Shown here one piece after another: positions 40,467 to 50,840 of a DNA stretch of 64,000 nucleotides. The position numbers and the translations under genes were made by a program. Source of the DNA: an uncultured Phycisphaerales bacterium (GTDB taxonomy: Bacteria > Planctomycetota > Phycisphaerae > WQYP01); NCBI GenBank assembly GCA_903845195.1, contig CAIMWO010000019.1, positions 56,277 through 120,276 of the forward strand, read 5' to 3'. The number at the start of each line of letters is the position of its first letter. Within the stretch, counting starts at the first letter, position 1. A model generated the notes under the pieces. That model saw only the letters and a program-made list of their open reading frames with translations. It ran no database searches and was not told the origin of the DNA.

Positions 40467-41303
40467 ATGCCCACCCCTCCCACCCCTCTCCTCTACGAAT
40501 CCCACATGCACACCCCCCTCTGCCGACACGCCCGCGGCACACCCTCCGACTACGCCGCCGTCGCCCTCCAACGCAACCTCGCCGGCATCATCGTCACCTG
40601 CCACAACCCCATGCCCAACGGCTACTCCGCCAGCGCCCGCATGCTCGAATCCCAATGGCCCGACTACCTCGCCCTCGTCGCCGCCTCCGCCGCCCAATTC
40701 GCCGGCCGCCTCGACATCCGCCTCGGCCTCGAATGCGACTACGCCCCCGGCTTTGAAGCCTTCCTCGAACATCAAATCTCCTCCAATCCCCTCCACCACG
40801 TCCTCGGCTCCGTCCACCCCCAGGTCGGCGAGTACCGGCAAAAATATTTCAACGGCGACCCCATCGCCTACCAGCGCACCTACTTCGACCACCTCGCCAT
40901 GGCCGCCGAAACCCAGCTCTTCGATACCCTCTCCCACCCGGACCTCGTCAAAAACATCTCTCCCAAAGACTGGCAGCTCCCGCGCGTCATGGACGACATC
41001 CGCCGCGCCCTCGACCGCATCGCCAAAGCCAGCACCGCCATGGAACTCAACACCTCCGGCCTCAACAAGGAAATCCCCGAGATGAACCCCGGCCCCGAAA
41101 TCCTCCGCGAAATCGCCCAACGCAAAATCCCCATGGTCCTCGGCGCCGACGCCCACGACCCCATCCGCGTCGCCGACAAATTCGAAGAAGCCCTCACCCT
41201 CCTCGAATCCACCGGCCACACCCACATCCACTTCCACCTCAACCGCCACCGCCACCCCGTCCCCATCCCCACCGCCCGCGCCTCCCTCACCCCGTTACCG
41301 TGA
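40467..41303 (+). CDS. hisK: PHP-family histidinol-phosphatase (HisJ/HisK-like)
   Basis: HMHTPLCRHA, GLECDY, GSVH, SHPDL, ELNTSG, GADAH. Confidence 0.88.
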   Translation: MPTPPTPLLYESHMHTPLCRHARGTPSDYAAVALQRNLAGIIVTCHNPMPNGYSASARMLESQWPDYLALVAASAAQFAGRLDIRLGLECDYAPGFEAFLEHQISSNPLHHVLGSVHPQVGEYRQKYFNGDPIAYQRTYFDHLAMAAETQLFDTLSHPDLVKNISPKDWQLPRVMDDIRRALDRIAKASTAMELNTSGLNKEIPEMNPGPEILREIAQRKIPMVLGADAHDPIRVADKFEEALTLLESTGHTHIHFHLNRHRHPVPIPTARASLTPLP

Positions 41304-41588
41304 CATCCCAATATCTTCAATTTTCCGCTTCGCCCCCGAACCCACATCAACCATTTTGCTGATGCGCGCAAAATGGTCGCCCGAATCGTGACCCAATGTT
41401 TCACAGGCTGTTACGGCTTTCTGAATCACGATTTCAAAGTTCCGCCATTGCGCATATCCAAGAAGCACTTGCAGATCTCGAGCCAGCCAGAACTCCGTCC
41501 CGGTATCGCCGTGCTTTTGAACCATCGCTTCGAAACTGGAGTGCAGTTGGATAATTGTGTTCCTTTCCTGCTCTGCAAAATGCCGCAA
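41295..41588 (-). pseudogene. dinD: Truncated DinD (BRO-N-like) fragment
   Basis: FWLARDLQ.LLGY..WRNF, DHF, GSGAKRKIED; stops at MSR* where the family continues. Confidence 0.75.
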
Positions 41589-41733
41589 CCAACAATCTCC
41601 GGTTCGAAGCGATGTCCGGGCCAGACCGATAGAAAATGTGCTTTCACACGCGGCGGCAACGGTGAGAATGGCGCGGAGGTTGCGAAACTCCGACGAGGGA
41701 CGAAGATGGATGGCCTAGCTTGAGGAGTGACGC

Positions 41734-42306
41734 ATGGCGTGGGTGCAGATCGGCGTGTGGGGCGATAGCCTGGTGCATGGAGGCTTGGATGTGGAAATGG
41801 GCGGGTGGGTCCACCGCATGCGGTGTTACCTGGCCGGGCGCGGGTTGGGAGATCATTGTTTTGAGCTGGGCCTTGGCGGGCAGAACTCGGCCGAGGTGCT
41901 GGAACGGCTTGGGGCGGAGCTGCATTTTCGGCAGGGGTATGTGGATCATGTCATCGTGGGGGTGGGGATCAATGACATCCACTATGCGCCAAAGTTGACG
42001 TCACCGGAGGAGTTCAGGAGAAACCTGGAAGCCCTGGCGGAAATCGTGAAGGCGGAAAAAAAGACGCTGCACCTGCTGTCGCTCACACCGGTGCGCGGGG
42101 CCGTGGATAGGGCGAAGTGGGACGCAACGAATCGGACGATCAGGGAAGTGGCGGAGGATCGCCGGGCGCACTGGATTGATGTGCGGGAGGCGTTTGATGC
42201 GGCAGACCTCGTGGATGATGTGCACCCCAACGCGCGCGGGCACGAGAAGCTATTTGAGACGATCAAGCAGGCCCTGATGGGCTCGGGCGTGATTCCGGGG
42301 GAGTAG
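41734..42306 (+). CDS. SGNH/GDSL hydrolase
   Basis: GDSL, GIND and DVHPNARGH blocks. Confidence 0.9.
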   Translation: MAWVQIGVWGDSLVHGGLDVEMGGWVHRMRCYLAGRGLGDHCFELGLGGQNSAEVLERLGAELHFRQGYVDHVIVGVGINDIHYAPKLTSPEEFRRNLEALAEIVKAEKKTLHLLSLTPVRGAVDRAKWDATNRTIREVAEDRRAHWIDVREAFDAADLVDDVHPNARGHEKLFETIKQALMGSGVIPGE

Positions 42307-42690
42307 GCGAGCGCTTCACAATCCCACCACGAGCCTGAAGGGCTCCCACATGATAGCCGGTGGCAAGCGCCGCGAGCCTTGCGAGCCCGCGCCGCCACCG
42401 GTTCCCATTCCCACAGCCCCCACGACTCTGAAAGAGTCGCACATCCACCGAAATAAAGAGGACAGGAATCATTTCCCCCTCCGATCCGCCACCCCGCGTT
42501 CAACCCGTCTCAAATCCCAACTCTGAAATCTCAAATCCTAAATTTCAAATCCTCCCCACCACCCGCCCCGCCACCCACCAGCAAAAATCCCGTTTCGCCG
42601 CGAGCCGCCACAGGCGAGCGCTTCCACCCCAACCACGAGCCTGCAAGGCTCCACCTAAAGTAGCCGTGGGCAAGCACCGCGCCGCCCACG
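42306..42690. repeat. Two imperfect copies of a ~70-bp REP-like unit (about 42306-42375 and 42613-42682)
   Basis: ggcgagcgcttc...ccacgagcctg.a.ggctcc...tagccg..ggcaagc.ccgcg. Confidence 0.7.
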
Positions 42691-42817
42691 GACGCCGCCA
42701 AAAAAAATCCCCCCGGACCCTGTAGGGGTCCCCTTCCTCCGCCCACCCATTTCACATGCTACCTGTCCTCCAAACCGCTATATTGCCCCCAGCAGGAACC
42801 GAGCTCTAGGACTTAAC

Positions 42818-44794
42818 ATGCAGCGTGAATACTACTCCGCTTCGATTGCCACGTTCTTGGAAACAAGACCCGAAGACATTGTTGGCATCCTCGCAACAAA
42901 CAATCAATTTTCTCTGGAAACAACTCAACGTGACGCATGGATGGAACAAATCACCATCCTGCGCGCGCTTCTCCCCCCATACGACGGATCGATCTACTTC
43001 GAATATTCAATCCCGCGCATGGGCAAACGCATTGACGTCGTCCTCCTCATCGGCCCCATCATATTTGTCCTCGAATTCAAAATTGGCGAAACAACCTTTG
43101 CAGCACACGCAGTCGACCAAGTCTGGGATTACGCCCTGGACCTGAAAAACTTCCACGAATCCAGCCACGAACAATTCATCGCGCCCATCCTCATCGCTAC
43201 GCGCGCCAAAGTCGTTGCCCCATGTGTCGCAGTCACGCCGCAGGATGACAAATTACTTCTTCCCATCAAGACCAACACTGACCTGCTCGGCGACGTACTC
43301 GGCAACGTCCTGCGCTTCGCAGAAGGCGCATCCATCGAACGCGATCAGTGGGAACGTGGGCGCTATTGTCCCACCCCCACCATCGTCGAAGCGGCCATGG
43401 CCCTATACCGCGGCCATTCCGTAAGTGACATCTCTCGAAGCGATGCGGGTGCCACCAATCTCACCCAAACCTCCGCGCTCATCTCCGAGATCATCCGCTC
43501 CTCCAAGGAATCCTCCGTCAAATCCATCTGCTTTGTTACCGGCGTGCCCGGCGCCGGAAAGACCTTGGTGGGGCTCAATGTTGCCACCGAGAACATCGAC
43601 AAATCCGGAGATAACTACAGCGTCTTTCTTTCAGGCAACGGCCCGCTCGTCGCGATCCTGCGCGAAGCCCTGACCCGAGATAAAGTCCGGCACGAACGGG
43701 AACGGGGCCGGAAAATCACCAAGGGCGCAGCCATGAGTGAAGTCAAAATGTTCATCCAGAATGTGCATCATTTCCGCGACGAGTGCCTTATTGATTCCGA
43801 TCAACCCCCCATCGAACACGTGGCATTATTCGATGAAGCACAGCGCGCCTGGAATCTGGAACAGACTTCAAGCTTCATGCAGCGCAAGAAGAAACGCCCT
43901 GATTTCAAACTCTCCGAACCAGAGTTCCTTATTTCCTGCTTGGATCGCCACCCGGACTGGGCCGTCGTCGTTTGCCTCGTTGGCGGTGGCCAGGAGATTA
44001 ACACTGGAGAAGCTGGCATCAGCGAGTGGATCGACTCACTCAAGCGCTCGTTCCCCCAATGGCACATCTACATCTCCTCGCGCCTGACCGACAGCGAATA
44101 CGGCGCCGGGAAAGTGTTGGAGCAACTGGAGTCACGCCCTAACGTCGTCGTCAAAGACGACTTGCATCTCGCCGTTTCCATGCGCTCCTTCCGCGCTGAA
44201 CATGTGTCCCTGTTAGTGAAGCAGATTCTTGATCTCCGTGTGGACGATGCCAAGCTCGCACTGGAAAAAGTACAAGCGAGATACCCCCTTGTTATCACCC
44301 GTGATCTTTGCGCAGCGAAGCGGTGGCTCAAGAACAAGGCCCGCGGATCGGAACGCTATGGGATCGTCGTCTCTTCCCAGGCCGAACGCCTCAAACCTCA
44401 CGCCATCGACGTGCGATCTCCCATGGATCCCATTCATTGGTTTCTTGATGGCAAAGAAGATGTGCGTTCATCCTATTACCTCGAGGATGTCGCCACCGAA
44501 TTTGACGTACAAGGACTCGAACTCGATTGGGCCTGCATCACCTGGGATGCCGATTTCCGCTACACGAAGGATGGATGGGAACATCGGTCCTTCGTGGGCT
44601 CCAAGTGGCATCACATCAAAAAGCCCCAGCGGCAGACCTATCTAAAAAATGCGTACCGCGTCCTGCTGACGCGCGCCCGCCAAGGAATGGTCATCGTCGT
44701 TCCCCCCGGCGACCCAGAAGACCCGACGCGCAACCCCAAGTTCTACGACCCCACATTCGAATACCTACAGTCCATCGGGTTCAAAGTCATTTAA
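42818..44794 (+). CDS. DUF2075-type SF1 helicase with an N-terminal PD-(D/E)XK-like nuclease
   Basis: RIDVVL...[35 protein letters not shown]. Confidence 0.88.
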   Translation: MQREYYSASIATFLETRPEDIVGILATNNQFSLETTQRDAWMEQITILRALLPPYDGSIYFEYSIPRMGKRIDVVLLIGPIIFVLEFKIGETTFAAHAVDQVWDYALDLKNFHESSHEQFIAPILIATRAKVVAPCVAVTPQDDKLLLPIKTNTDLLGDVLGNVLRFAEGASIERDQWERGRYCPTPTIVEAAMALYRGHSVSDISRSDAGATNLTQTSALISEIIRSSKESSVKSICFVTGVPGAGKTLVGLNVATENIDKSGDNYSVFLSGNGPLVAILREALTRDKVRHERERGRKITKGAAMSEVKMFIQNVHHFRDECLIDSDQPPIEHVALFDEAQRAWNLEQTSSFMQRKKKRPDFKLSEPEFLISCLDRHPDWAVVVCLVGGGQEINTGEAGISEWIDSLKRSFPQWHIYISSRLTDSEYGAGKVLEQLESRPNVVVKDDLHLAVSMRSFRAEHVSLLVKQILDLRVDDAKLALEKVQARYPLVITRDLCAAKRWLKNKARGSERYGIVVSSQAERLKPHAIDVRSPMDPIHWFLDGKEDVRSSYYLEDVATEFDVQGLELDWACITWDADFRYTKDGWEHRSFVGSKWHHIKKPQRQTYLKNAYRVLLTRARQGMVIVVPPGDPEDPTRNPKFYDPTFEYLQSIGFKVI

Positions 44795-45249
44795 ATACGA
44801 GCCCCTCACATCGTCCTCCGTGCCCTCCGTGTTCACCGTGGTTAAGAACGTCGCGCGTCTTCGTCGTAACGTCGCCCCCAACACTCTGAATTCCGAACTC
44901 TGAATTCTTAATTCCGCCGCCTCCCTCCCCTCGCTTCACTCTGCCAAAAACAACCGGCCAGGTCCATTTATAATGGACATATCTATATATAAACTAATAA
45001 TATGGGTGCCCCCAACTCCAGATAATAGCGCCCCCTGCTTTCCATTCCCATTCAGCATTCATCGTTCCCCTCCTCTCCCCGTCACTCCCACACCCCCAAA
45101 CGCCGATACCTCCCTTCGTGCCTCTTTGTGATAACCTCGCCCCCACCTCCCCATTCTGAATTCAAAACGCTGAATTCTGAATTCCGCCCCCCCGCGATTC
45201 CCGTCAGTTTTCTATTTTCCATTTTCCATTTTCTATTAACCTCCGCCCC

Positions 45250-45999
45250 TCACCTATACCCCACCTCCACCCTCACCCCCTGGGCCCCCAGCCTCCCCGC
45301 CAGCGGCTTCAATACATTCCCCATCGCCTCCAACCCCGCCGCCTCCGCCTCCTTCTTTATCAACATCCCCTTGGCCGCCAGCACCGCCCGCGGCTTCAAC
45401 TCCTGCACCGCCCGCTCCCGCGTCTCCTGCTTGTCAAACCGCGCCCACCCGCCCTGCACGCTCAACGTCTCGATCTTCGCCGGATCGATCGCCACCATCT
45501 CCTCATCCAGCACCGGCCGCGGCACCCGCACCATCACCACCCGCCGGCTCGCCGAATACTCCAGGTCCGACTCCCCAAACTGCCGCAAGTCGATCGCATA
45601 CTGCACCTTCACCTCGCGCGCCACCACCCGCGCCGTGTTCGTCCCCCAATACACGCCCCAGCTCTGCGCACTCTCCGCCCGCTCGATGCTCGCCGTAACC
45701 GTCGTCTGCAACACCACCAGCTTGCTCTGCCGCTGCACATCCTCCACCGTCACCAGCGCCAGCGAATGAATATCAATCTTCGGCCGCGCCGCATCCGCCA
45801 CCATCCGCCCCGCCGCCCCCACCGCATCCGCCGGCGCATTGACCAATTTATAGATCACATAAATCGTCGGCAGCCCGATCAGCAACATCAGCACAATCGC
45901 CACCGTCGCAATCGCCCACGGCCACTGCGACCGCGCCCTGACCACCACCGGCGCCTCACCCCGCCCCGCCCCATCCGCCACCGTCTGACCATCCCGCAT
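45250..45999 (-). CDS. DUF4230-like membrane-anchored protein
   Basis: Single TM; VQYAIDL and VRVPRP motifs. Confidence 0.7.
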   Translation of the reverse strand: MRDGQTVADGAGRGEAPVVVRARSQWPWAIATVAIVLMLLIGLPTIYVIYKLVNAPADAVGAAGRMVADAARPKIDIHSLALVTVEDVQRQSKLVVLQTTVTASIERAESAQSWGVYWGTNTARVVAREVKVQYAIDLRQFGESDLEYSASRRVVMVRVPRPVLDEEMVAIDPAKIETLSVQGGWARFDKQETRERAVQELKPRAVLAAKGMLIKKEAEAAGLEAMGNVLKPLAGRLGAQGVRVEVGYR

Positions 46000-46401
46000 C
46001 GTCTCATGCTCCCAACAAATTTTCCGCTCGCATCACTCCGCGCACGTCACATCAGCGGCGTCCGCCATGGCCTGATGACTCTAGGCGATCCCGCGAAGAC
46101 ATTCCCCCGCTCATCATCATCATCGGCGTTCATCCGCCTTCATCTGCGGTCCCTCTCCCCCACGTCCGCCAACTCCAGGCGAGCCCTCTTCAAAATCGCT
46201 CGAGTTTGCCCCAAACGCTTCAAAACTGCAAAAAATCACCTCAATATCATGCAAAAGCACTCAAAACACATGCAAAACGCGCTCAAAACAGGTCCAAATC
46301 AGACCGTTTCCGATCCGCTCCCATTCCCCACCCAAACGCCCGTTTAGTCCGAATTCCCCATTTTGACTCCCGCCACCCTGTCACCCCGATTGTGCGTGGC
46401 T

Positions 46402-46723
46402 TGTGGATAACCTCTTTGGACACTTTGTCGCAAACTAGCCTGTTTGCAGAGCTTACCTAGTCTCTCTGACGCATTAGCATTGACATCAACAGCATTATCG
46501 TCCGGTCAACAGGTCAACCCGACACCCGCCCGACATGTTATACACCGCCCCGCAGATGTGCACATGAATGCTAACCCATTTTAAAATCATCACTTACAAC
46601 TTTTGAATTCCCCTTCTCCACATACTGACAGTCCCTACGACGAGTACTACTGAGTATTTATACAATAAACATTCATAAAGGCTTAAAACTCGGACATTTC
46701 GGATACATCCGCCGTGTGGATAA
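46402..46723. promoter_or_regulatory. Candidate replication origin / DnaA-box region
   Basis: Perfect TGTGGATAA at 46402 and 46715, near-match TTATACACC at 46538, AT-rich 46570-46690, next to dciA-dnaN. Confidence 0.55.
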
Positions 46724-46742
46724 CCTGTCGAAACCGCTCCCC

Positions 46743-47231
46743 TTACGCATCCGACGTCAACCCCCCCTGGACACACGTTTTCACCCTATAAATAGCCCCC
46801 CTTGACCCCGTCTGCAGTTGCCGCAGCAACCCGCCGCGCAATAAACCATCCAACTGCGCCCGTGCCGGCGCCGACGCCATCGACACATTCAATGTCCCGC
46901 GCGTAAACCCTTGTATCCGCGAGTGTTTATACAATTCCTCCGGCACCAGTTCCTCCCACAATTCCGCGATCCCCTCCATCTTCTTCCCCGGCTTGGCGAT
47001 CACCTTTTCAAACCACGGCAGCAGCACATCCCCCAATTTCGCCGCATCCCGCGTCCGCGGATTCTTCTTATTCGTCAACAACCGCTGCAGAGAGTAAATC
47101 TCCCGCGCATCCCCGATCGGCTCAACATTGGCCACCGACGCATTCCGCACCGGCCCCGCCTTCCGCCCGCCGGCTCCATCCCCCGCACCAGCGCCCTGTC
47201 CCCCCGAACCTTTCCGCCGCTGCGTCGTCAT
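46743..47231 (-). CDS. dciA: DUF721 / DciA family protein
   Basis: LGDVL, WEELVP and GTLNVS pattern; downstream of dnaN. Confidence 0.7.
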   Translation of the reverse strand: MTTQRRKGSGGQGAGAGDGAGGRKAGPVRNASVANVEPIGDAREIYSLQRLLTNKKNPRTRDAAKLGDVLLPWFEKVIAKPGKKMEGIAELWEELVPEELYKHSRIQGFTRGTLNVSMASAPARAQLDGLLRGGLLRQLQTGSRGAIYRVKTCVQGGLTSDA

Positions 47232-47323
47232 CGCCTCACCCTGAACTCCGTTCGTTCCCGATCGTTTTTGACCGGCTCCCCAGCATACGACCTGACCGCA
47301 CGATCGGCAAAAACGTTGCAGCC

Positions 47324-47351
47324 AAAGAAAAAGCCCCGGCAATCCGGGGCT
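47324..47351 (-). terminator. Intrinsic terminator after dnaN
   Basis: agccccgg/ccggggct stem with an A-rich run on the + strand. Confidence 0.65.
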
Positions 47352-47393
47352 CTACTCAGCTAATTTTTCTCTGAAAACGGATTGAACGCGCGA

Positions 47394-48524
47394 TCAGCTC
47401 AAATTCACCGGCATGACCACGTACAGGAACCCAGGCCCGCTTCGCAGAAGTCCCGGCTTGTTCGGCGTCTTCATTTCGAACGTGACCTGCTCGTTGTCCG
47501 CAACCTTCAACGCGTCCATCAGGTAGTTGGGATTGAAGCCGATCTCGATCGCTTCGCCGGTGTACTCGACGGGCAGGTCGATCTTCGCTTCGCCCATTTC
47601 CGGTGCGCGGCTCTGGATCGACAGCGTGTTGTTGCCGAACGCCAGACGCACACCCTTCGATTCCTCGTTCGTCAGCAGTGCGGCCCGGCGGACGGCCGAC
47701 AGGAAACGGTCGCGGTTCATCGTGACCTTCTTGTCGGAATCCTTCGGGATCACATCCTGGTACGGCGGGAACGTGCCTTCAACCAGCGAGCACGACATCG
47801 TCGCCCCCACGCCGCCGGCTTCGGACGAAACCTGCACGAACAGCTTGTTTTCCTTGAACTGCAGCGAAACGGTCTGCTCGGGATCGGTCAGCAGCCGTTC
47901 GATGAGGTTGATAGCCTTGATCGGAATCACCGCCGAAATATCCTTGCCCGCCCCGTCGTTGGTGATGTCATCCTTGGTTTGTGCCAGGCGATGGCCGTCG
48001 GTGGCGACCAGCGAAATCTTCTTGCCCTTGCGTTCCAGCAGCACGCCGTTGATGGCGTAACGGGTCATTTCGCGGGCCGCGGCAAAGCGGGTGCGATCGA
48101 GCAGTTGCCGGAAGCTGCCGGCGGTGAGGGCGAAATCGGGCTCGCCGTCAAAGCCGGAGATCGGTGGGAATTCCTCGGGGTTGTAGCCGAAGACTTTGTA
48201 GTGGGCATCAGAGCCCTTGATGGTCGTCGAATCGCCAGTGGTTTCCAGCGTCAGCGTGTCATCCGGCGAGTTGTTCACGATCTCCGAGAGCTTGCCCGCC
48301 GGGATCAGCGCCACGCCCGCCGCGGCAATGTCCACCTGCGTCAGCGTGTATTGCAGGGCCAGTTCCATGTCCGTGGCCACGAGGGTCAGCGTCTTGGCTC
48401 CGCCGGCGTTCCCGGCCACAAGCTTCACGCAAGTCAGCACGGGCTTGGGCGTGCGGGTGAGCACCACCGATGAGGCCAGACCCAGGGCTTCCACCAGAGC
48501 AGCACGATTAACGAGGACTTTCAT
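47394..48524 (-). CDS. dnaN: DNA polymerase III beta clamp
   Basis: ATDME, RYAINGV, VATDGHRL, GTFPPY, GFNPNYL, VVMPV. Confidence 0.97.
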   Translation of the reverse strand: MKVLVNRAALVEALGLASSVVLTRTPKPVLTCVKLVAGNAGGAKTLTLVATDMELALQYTLTQVDIAAAGVALIPAGKLSEIVNNSPDDTLTLETTGDSTTIKGSDAHYKVFGYNPEEFPPISGFDGEPDFALTAGSFRQLLDRTRFAAAREMTRYAINGVLLERKGKKISLVATDGHRLAQTKDDITNDGAGKDISAVIPIKAINLIERLLTDPEQTVSLQFKENKLFVQVSSEAGGVGATMSCSLVEGTFPPYQDVIPKDSDKKVTMNRDRFLSAVRRAALLTNEESKGVRLAFGNNTLSIQSRAPEMGEAKIDLPVEYTGEAIEIGFNPNYLMDALKVADNEQVTFEMKTPNKPGLLRSGPGFLYVVMPVNLS

Positions 48525-48621
48525 AGCGTCGACCTTGACTGAAAAGATCCATCGGACAGGATGTGGGGACACTCCCACAAGTGTGCAAATCGTACTGCAA
48601 GCGGGGCGGCACGCCAAGCGG

Positions 48622-49875
48622 TTACAGGCCGGGATCCACCGGCGGCGGCGCGACTTCCACAGAACCCCCGACGGCCGACAATGCCGGGGAGGCTGCCCGC
48701 CCGGCGCCGGGGCGCACCGGCGTGCCGCACTCCGGACAACGATCCGAGGTCAGGCAATAGAGGTTGTACCCGCAGACGGGGCATAGCGGCTCGATCACGC
48801 GGATGACGAATTGCAGGTGGCAGGCCTTGCACGCCGATTCGCCCATAGGCACCGATTGGTGCACCCCGCAGCGCGGGCAGACCAGGGCCAGTTCCTTGAG
48901 TTCCATGGAGACCGGGGCGACGCGATCGACCCGGCGATTGAGTGCGGAGACAACAATCAGGGCCAGGCTGCCGCAGGCCGTGGCGATGGATCCGGCAATG
49001 GTGAAGCGTCCGAGCATCGCATCGTCGATGGCATTGATCGGCTGGGTTATCAGGAACAGGATCATGCACAGTGCGGCGGAGGCGGAGCAACCCATGGTCG
49101 TCCACATCAGCCAGCTTTGCCCGGGCTTGAGGCGGGCCATCAGCAGAAGGTTGATATGGGCCAGCAGAATGCAAAGGGTCACCAGGATGCCCATCACGCG
49201 GCCCCAGAACTCATTCTCGGATTTCGTCCAGACGCCGATGACGCCGATCACCATTGCGGCGAGGCCGAAGAGAAGCCCGGCGAAACGGAAATAGCGGCGA
49301 TCTCCGCAGCCGAAGTTGACCATGAGCAGCGCGCAGACCGTCCCGATGCCGTAGGGGATCATCGCTGTGCCCCAGAGATTCTCGGAGAGGTGGTCAGAGC
49401 TCCAGAGGAAACCTCCGGAGGCGGGCACCCAGGCGCCGGCGAGGCATACCAGGTAGGCGTAAACGGCCATGGCCACGAACAACCAGACCGCGACGCGTGC
49501 CCAGCGAACGCTCTGCAGCAGCAGCACGCCCGCCGCCGGAATGCCGGTCAGCAACAGAAAGCCCCAACTGGCGCCGATCCGCCAATACAGGTCGCTGCTG
49601 AGGCCCAGCCCGTCAAGCCAGATCAGCGCCAGGACAAACACCCAGCTCAAGAGGATTACGCCCATGGCGGAGAGTCCGCCTGCCCGCAGCTTGGGACGAT
49701 CGGTCAGCAGCGACGCGGGCAACAACAGCCCGGCCGCCACCGCGGTGGCGATGGACGTGCCCAGCAGCCGCGCCAGCATCTGGTCCGAAGTGACCAGGAT
49801 GGCCATGATGCCCATGAAGGCCGACGCGGCCAGGGCGGCGAGCATGACGATGAGGAGGAGTTTGCGGGGTGTCAT
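48622..49875 (-). CDS. Multi-pass membrane protein with C-terminal Zn-ribbons
   Basis: About 10 TM segments; CPRC..CKAC and CPVCGYNL...CPECG. Confidence 0.8.
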   Translation of the reverse strand: MTPRKLLLIVMLAALAASAFMGIMAILVTSDQMLARLLGTSIATAVAAGLLLPASLLTDRPKLRAGGLSAMGVILLSWVFVLALIWLDGLGLSSDLYWRIGASWGFLLLTGIPAAGVLLLQSVRWARVAVWLFVAMAVYAYLVCLAGAWVPASGGFLWSSDHLSENLWGTAMIPYGIGTVCALLMVNFGCGDRRYFRFAGLLFGLAAMVIGVIGVWTKSENEFWGRVMGILVTLCILLAHINLLLMARLKPGQSWLMWTTMGCSASAALCMILFLITQPINAIDDAMLGRFTIAGSIATACGSLALIVVSALNRRVDRVAPVSMELKELALVCPRCGVHQSVPMGESACKACHLQFVIRVIEPLCPVCGYNLYCLTSDRCPECGTPVRPGAGRAASPALSAVGGSVEVAPPPVDPGL

Positions 49876-49989
49876 GGGGTGCTCCTTTGCTGCGGATGAT
49901 ACCGCGCGGAATTCGCGGGAACAGCAGAATCTCGCGCGGTATACTTGCGACAGATTGGGCAATCAGGATAGCAGCGTGGAGGCAACGAC

Positions 49990-50835
49990 ATGCGGATCTG
50001 GCAACAGGTACTGGCGGGGATACTGGTGACGGGGTGCGGGTTTTTGATGGCGGCGCCACCGCCAGTGCGCGTTGGCGGCGGAAACACCATTTCAGCGGAA
50101 TACCGCGCGGAACTGATCAAACGGCGTGCGTTGGCCGAAGCGACCTATCGGAATTGGGCCGCAGCTACAGCTAAGGCTCCCCCGACGACCGCATCGACGA
50201 GGCCAGTACTCCGTTTCTTTCGTATCAACACCGAAAGCCGTCGCGTGGTCTACGTCATCAAGCATAGTGGGTCGATGATGGACAACTTCGATTTTTTGCG
50301 GGAGGAAGTGAAATGGTCAGTGCGAAGACTCTCGCCATCGCAGGAATTCAACGTCGTCATGTGGGAGGAGACTGCTGACGTAATTTTCGACAAGGACCGA
50401 TTGGTAAAGGCGACCCAAGACAACATCCAAACCCTTGCCAAGCGCATTGCGGAGTTTGTGCCGCAGGGCCAAAACGATGATATTTATGACCCTCTCAAGC
50501 AGGCTTTCGATGAAGCATTCAAGATGAAACCGGATACGATTATTTTTGTTGCGGATGGGCATTTCGATCCCAAGCTTGCTGAATTCGTCGCGCAAACTAA
50601 CAAGAAATTGAAGATTTCCATTCACACCGTGGCCTTCGTGAATAAAGAACCCTCTTACGAAGAACGGTTGCGAGATCTCGCCAAAGATAACGGCGGCCAT
50701 TACACGTTCGTGAGCGAAGAGGATTTCGATGCGCTTGCGGCCCAGTTCGCACCCTCGGCGACTGCCCCCGGTTCCCAACCCGCCACGACAACTGCCCCAT
50801 CTTCGGCACCAGCGGCTTCGGCAGAGAAGGAGTAG
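49990..50835 (+). CDS. Secreted vWA-domain protein
   Basis: KHSGSM (degenerate MIDAS), ADG, IHTVAF, LAKDNGG. Confidence 0.8.
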   Translation: MRIWQQVLAGILVTGCGFLMAAPPPVRVGGGNTISAEYRAELIKRRALAEATYRNWAAATAKAPPTTASTRPVLRFFRINTESRRVVYVIKHSGSMMDNFDFLREEVKWSVRRLSPSQEFNVVMWEETADVIFDKDRLVKATQDNIQTLAKRIAEFVPQGQNDDIYDPLKQAFDEAFKMKPDTIIFVADGHFDPKLAEFVAQTNKKLKISIHTVAFVNKEPSYEERLRDLAKDNGGHYTFVSEEDFDALAAQFAPSATAPGSQPATTTAPSSAPAASAEKE

Positions 50836-50840
50836 CACCT

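Noticed and set aside
44940-45030. AT-rich patch with palindrome gtccatt-tat-aatggac
   Set aside because: Single short palindrome between convergent genes; not enough to assign a function
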